Origin: Promethearchaeota archaeon
GTDB taxonomy: Archaea; Asgardarchaeota; Lokiarchaeia; Sigyniarchaeales; SOKP01
DNA length: 64,000 nt
Assembly: GCA_019058295.1 (NCBI GenBank)
Contig: JAHPZI010000030.1
Location: forward strand, 64,001-128,000
Direction of reading: 5' to 3'
The notes beneath the pieces were generated by a model. The model ran no database searches. It was not told where the DNA came from and was given only the letters and a program-made list of their open reading frames with translations. The translations under genes were made by a program, and so were the position numbers. Below are positions 60,644 through 64,000 of the stretch, piece after piece. Each line of letters starts with the position of its first letter. The stretch's first letter is position 1.

Positions 60644-61543
60644 TCATCCAAATAGTCCTCCGATACCTGGAGCACTCTCCTCTTCTTCTTCTTCCTCATC
60701 TGGTTTTTCTTCCTCGGGTTTAACCTCCTCTTTTTTCAATGAAGATGTAATTCCACCTTCAAAAATTATAGTATTGATTATTTTTGCATCAAATACTGCT
60801 TTTTTAATATACTCATCTATCATTTCTTCAAGGAAAATAGGCAATTCAAAAAGAATTCCTAAAGCAGCTAAGTAGCATGATGCAACATCTCGTTGAAACG
60901 ATTCTATATCCATGTACAACGTATCTTCTGGTATTATTTCTCCATCACTCCATGCATAATGGATTTTAATTAACGATTCTATCGGTTTAATCCCAAGCTT
61001 TTTTAAAACTGCCGCCTGTTTAACATCTACAATATCTCCAGCTTTATGCGTTCTGGTCTTCTCGCGAATCCATATAGTATCGTTCTGAATACGGGTAGGT
61101 AATCGTAATGTCATATTTAGCTCCGAAATTACTTGTCCAGTAGGTAATCCTGTATCTCCAGCAGGAACCCAAATGTCTACGGGAGTGATTTCATCAGGTT
61201 TAGCAGGTACCATCCATTCACTCTCGTTGAAAATCTTTTTTAAATCAAATAGATTCATATTTGTAAAAACAAGACTTGATTGTCCAGGGATATTTTTCGC
61301 TAAATTATCAAGATTTGTTTTTTTTGACTGTTTTTTGTACTTTTCGATTGCTCTTATTTGTATACTCTTCTTAGACATTCGAATTTCCACTTTTCCTCTC
61401 AAAATCTTACGTGTATCTTGAATTTGCTTATCGTTAATACTCCCAACATTAATAACCGCAATATTTTTATATTTTTTAAATAAATCTACTAAGTATTCAA
61501 TTTCGTCTAATTTCCACTGTGGAATGTCCTTTTTTGATATCAT
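60644..61543 (-). CDS. rpl10p: 50S ribosomal protein uL10 (P0)
   Basis: IPQWK, PAKP....P.DI.VPAGDTG, L.KLGIKP, acidic hinge and GIGGLFG. Confidence 0.95.
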   Translation of the reverse strand: MISKKDIPQWKLDEIEYLVDLFKKYKNIAVINVGSINDKQIQDTRKILRGKVEIRMSKKSIQIRAIEKYKKQSKKTNLDNLAKNIPGQSSLVFTNMNLFDLKKIFNESEWMVPAKPDEITPVDIWVPAGDTGLPTGQVISELNMTLRLPTRIQNDTIWIREKTRTHKAGDIVDVKQAAVLKKLGIKPIESLIKIHYAWSDGEIIPEDTLYMDIESFQRDVASCYLAALGILFELPIFLEEMIDEYIKKAVFDAKIINTIIFEGGITSSLKKEEVKPEEEKPDEEEEEEESAPGIGGLFG

Positions 61544-61544
61544 T

Positions 61545-62276
61545 TTATTTCACCCCCAATGTCTCTAGATATTCATTATCTATCTTGATCGGTCGTCCCA
61601 TTGTAGTCTTAATAAACATCGATCTAAAGTTGTTATATTTATGAGGCATTTGATCTGCAACATAATCGACAATAGCTTTCATGTTTTCCAGAATTTTATC
61701 CATTTCCATTGATTTTTTGCCAATTTTTACCTGTAAAACTGGATTTTTTTTGACTATAATCCTAACAATTTTTTTGTATCTCTCAACAGCTACACTAAGA
61801 TCATCTATTGATGAAATAATTCCATATCCCGATGGAAAAGGTTTAGGCATTTTTCCAGAAGGCCCTAAAAATCTAGCCAAAAAACGAGCAACGTCGCGCA
61901 TATTCTTGTCTTCCACAACAAAAAAATCGTATTTTTTCACGAATTTTTTTTTGTCTTTCTTTTCTTCCCGATCCAAAGCTGCCAAACCATCTGGGTCAAG
62001 AGTATCCAATCCTATTTTTTTAGATTCTACTAATATCTCATCAGAAGCAATCACACATATGTTAGGTTTATCCTCTGTTATTACCTCGTTAGGCAATATT
62101 AATTCCTTGTCAATTCTCTGTTTTGGATCACTTAAATTAATATCCTTTAAGTTTATTATGAAATCAATAGTTTCGTCAAATTTGCGAATTTTATCTTTAA
62201 ATCCTTCTTTCTTTATAATCGAAAAGTCAATAGCAGCATTTAATGATTTTTTTAATAATTTATCATCAACTTTCAT
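61545..62276 (-). CDS. rpl1p: 50S ribosomal protein uL1
   Basis: RKFDETIDFIINLKD, LGPSGKMPKP, IKTTMG.P. Confidence 0.96.
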   Translation of the reverse strand: MKVDDKLLKKSLNAAIDFSIIKKEGFKDKIRKFDETIDFIINLKDINLSDPKQRIDKELILPNEVITEDKPNICVIASDEILVESKKIGLDTLDPDGLAALDREEKKDKKKFVKKYDFFVVEDKNMRDVARFLARFLGPSGKMPKPFPSGYGIISSIDDLSVAVERYKKIVRIIVKKNPVLQVKIGKKSMEMDKILENMKAIVDYVADQMPHKYNNFRSMFIKTTMGRPIKIDNEYLETLGVK

Positions 62277-62279
62277 TTT

Positions 62280-62807
62280 TTACGATTCCTCCTTTATTTT
62301 ATCATCATATTCTCCATTGTCTATTCTCTCTTGAATGATTCTAGGATCCACACCCTCTACAGTTAGTCCTACGGATAAGGCTGTTCCTATTACTGTTTTA
62401 ACACAAGTTTTAAATGTCTTATCTAAAAAAATGTCTTTTTTAGCATTAGCTATTGAAATTATTTGGTCGAGTGTTAAATTGCCAATCTTGTCCTCCCCTG
62501 GATTTGAAGCCCCTTTCTCAACACCAACTTCTTTTAGCAATAATGATGCTGTCGAAGGAGTTTCTACAAATATTTCAAATTGCTTTGTTTCAGGATTGCA
62601 TTCAATCCTCACTGGAACAGTTAATCCTTTAAACATCATAGTTTGTTCATTTACAGCATCAACAACATCTTTGATATTAATCCCCGTAGGACCTTTGACT
62701 AAGTAATTCGAGTTGATTTACTTTACAACCGGTCCTATGGGAGGTCCCCCGCTTGCCGCTCCACCTTTCACCAGCGCTTGTACTACCACTATACCTTTTT
62801 CGCTCAT
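62280..62807 (-). CDS. rpl11p: 50S ribosomal protein uL11, split by a 30-nt intron (exons 62807-62725 and 62694-62280; 165 aa after splicing)
   Basis: MSEKGIVVVQALVKGGAASGGPPIGPV[V K*INSNYLVK]GPTGINIKDVVDAVNEQT...FKGLTVPV...PSTASLL...GTALSVG; the ORF track shows only the 3' 119 aa. Confidence 0.92.
62695..62724 (-). other. candidate BHB-type mRNA intron in uL11 (AAAGTAAATCAACTCGAATTACTTAGTCAA)
   Basis: outer helix UAGGACC/GGUCCUA, central helix GGUU/AGUC, bulges GUA and AAA, inner helix AAGUAA/UUACUU; contains an in-frame TAA at 62720-62718. Confidence 0.85.
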
Positions 62808-63047
62808 ATTTATCCTACAATTTTTTTTGTTATTTTTATTCAAAACCTGTTTCTAAAGGTCAAGGAACGCAAATAAAATGCTAACAGTATAATTTCTTAC
62901 TTTTCAATATCTTGACTATATTGAAACCGCTTTATTGCGTCCTAAGTCCTTCAAAAAAGATATTTTGAACTTAGTGTGTTGTAGAGTGAATTAAAATTAA
63001 AAAGTTTTATTAAAAATTTTCTTTAATTAGAAAAATAGGAATTGTAT

Positions 63048-63233
63048 TTAAAATTTGCAACATAATCTACGACCGTGGTCGAGATTGTTTCTTAAATATT
63101 CATTTGCTAAAATATCCATAACTTTATCATAATCGAGATTCAGTTTTTCCACAATATCTTCAATCTGAACTCCAGGTGTAGAGATTAATGTAAAAATTTC
63201 TTTTTTAATTTCTTCACTAACTTCTTCTGTCAT
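63048..63233 (-). CDS. small hypothetical protein, HTH-like
   Basis: 61 aa; PGVQIEDIVEKLNLDYDKVMDIL helix-turn-helix-like segment; C-terminal CC. Confidence 0.6.
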   Translation of the reverse strand: MTEEVSEEIKKEIFTLISTPGVQIEDIVEKLNLDYDKVMDILANEYLRNNLDHGRRLCCKF

Positions 63234-63294
63234 TAAGTTGTAGATCTTTTTTCCGTATTTTAATTTTTAGTTTACATTTAATAAATAGAATAAA

Positions 63295-64000
63295 TTAATT
63301 AGAACTCTTCCTTTTTCCTTCAAACATAGCTTTCCCTAACTCAAGAACTCTTTCAAAGGGCTCTTCTTGGTCTTCTCTTAAATGTAAAGTTATAGCTTCT
63401 TCTGGACAGACTCCAGCACATAAACCACAACCGAGACACATCTCTCTATTAACAGTAGCAATTTCATCTAATGTAATTGCGTCGACAGGACACCTTTCAA
63501 CGCAGTTTCCACAGCCAACACATAATTCTTGGTCAATTATAGATTCAAATAAGGCATTTAGGTACATGTGTTTATCGTATCCCTTTTTTGTGATTCCTTT
63601 CATGGTAGCACAACAGCAAGGGCAACAGTTACAGATATTTGATAAATGTTTAGAATTAACTCCTGCATGAACTAATCCTGCCTTATCAGTTTCTTCAATA
63701 ATTTTTATACATTCTTCCGGAGTAATTTCTCGTGCCCATCCATTTTCAATATAATATTCAGCAGCTGCTCCGAAGGCCAAACAAGTTTCTTCCATCGGAT
63801 AATCACATCCCTCTCCGAGTAATCGGGCTTCTTTTCGGCAGACACAATCATAAACTGCTATTTTTCTAGCATTTTTTATACTCTTCTTGAGTTCATGATA
63901 TGGATAGAGGACCGTGTTAGCTTCAATTGATTCATCTACAGGAAGTACTTTGAATCCTGGTACATTGCTCGCTCCCATTTCATCCACTATAGCTAAATCA
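63295..64000 (-). CDS. 4Fe-4S dicluster-binding protein, 5'-truncated by the window edge
   Basis: frame is open to the window end (DLAIVDEMG...); CVCR, ETCL.FG, GLVH, ICNCCPCCC, two CxxCxxCxxxCP motifs. Confidence 0.85.
   Translation of the reverse strand, partial: DLAIVDEMGASNVPGFKVLPVDESIEANTVLYPYHELKKSIKNARKIAVYDCVCRKEARLLGEGCDYPMEETCLAFGAAAEYYIENGWAREITPEECIKIIEETDKAGLVHAGVNSKHLSNICNCCPCCCATMKGITKKGYDKHMYLNALFESIIDQELCVGCGNCVERCPVDAITLDEIATVNREMCLGCGLCAGVCPEEAITLHLREDQEEPFERVLELGKAMFEGKRKSSN

Noticed and set aside
61681-62706. 217-aa and 123-aa plus-strand ORFs, and other short antisense or nested ORFs in the track
   Set aside because: They overlap well-supported genes on the opposite strand or in another frame and have no motifs.
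62280-62807. uL11 as a pseudogene or as Sec/Pyl readthrough
   Set aside because: The stop is TAA, not TGA or TAG, and lies inside a 10-codon insert. Both flanks are intact and the insert forms an exact BHB, so an intron explains it better.
63295-64000. Cys-rich Fe-S protein as a selenoprotein
   Set aside because: No in-frame TGA in the visible part and no convincing SECIS downstream; the gene is simply cut by the window edge.
1-64000. CRISPR arrays, IS elements, integrases, rRNA genes
   Set aside because: None seen. The tRNA genes are not flanked by att-like duplications or integrase genes.

Overview
AT-rich archaeal chromosomal segment, most likely from an Asgard archaeon (Lokiarchaeia-like). 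That assignment is inferred from archaeal ribosomal proteins, a selenocysteine system and eukaryotic-signature proteins (Vps28-like, OST3/6/OSTC-like, roadblock, DPM2-like). The window holds most of the S10/spc ribosomal cluster (uS19 to uL15), a separate uL11-uL1-uL10-P1-secY block, eL34-cmk, eL14, Sec machinery (selB, tRNA-Sec, sepsecS), RNA-modification and housekeeping genes, and surface proteins. The main observation is that the uL11 protein-coding gene is interrupted, inside its conserved GPPxGPxxGP motif, by a 30-nt insert with an in-frame TAA. The insert folds into a bulge-helix-bulge (BHB) motif, and canonical cleavage restores the frame exactly, so it is a candidate tRNA-endonuclease-spliced mRNA intron in a ribosomal protein gene. 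All three tRNA genes in the window also carry BHB-type introns (six in total, five at non-canonical positions), including a three-intron tRNA-Ile with the rare UAU anticodon and a tRNA-Sec with a D-arm intron. uL22 and uS3 appear to start at ATT. All structures were folded by eye and no database searches were run.
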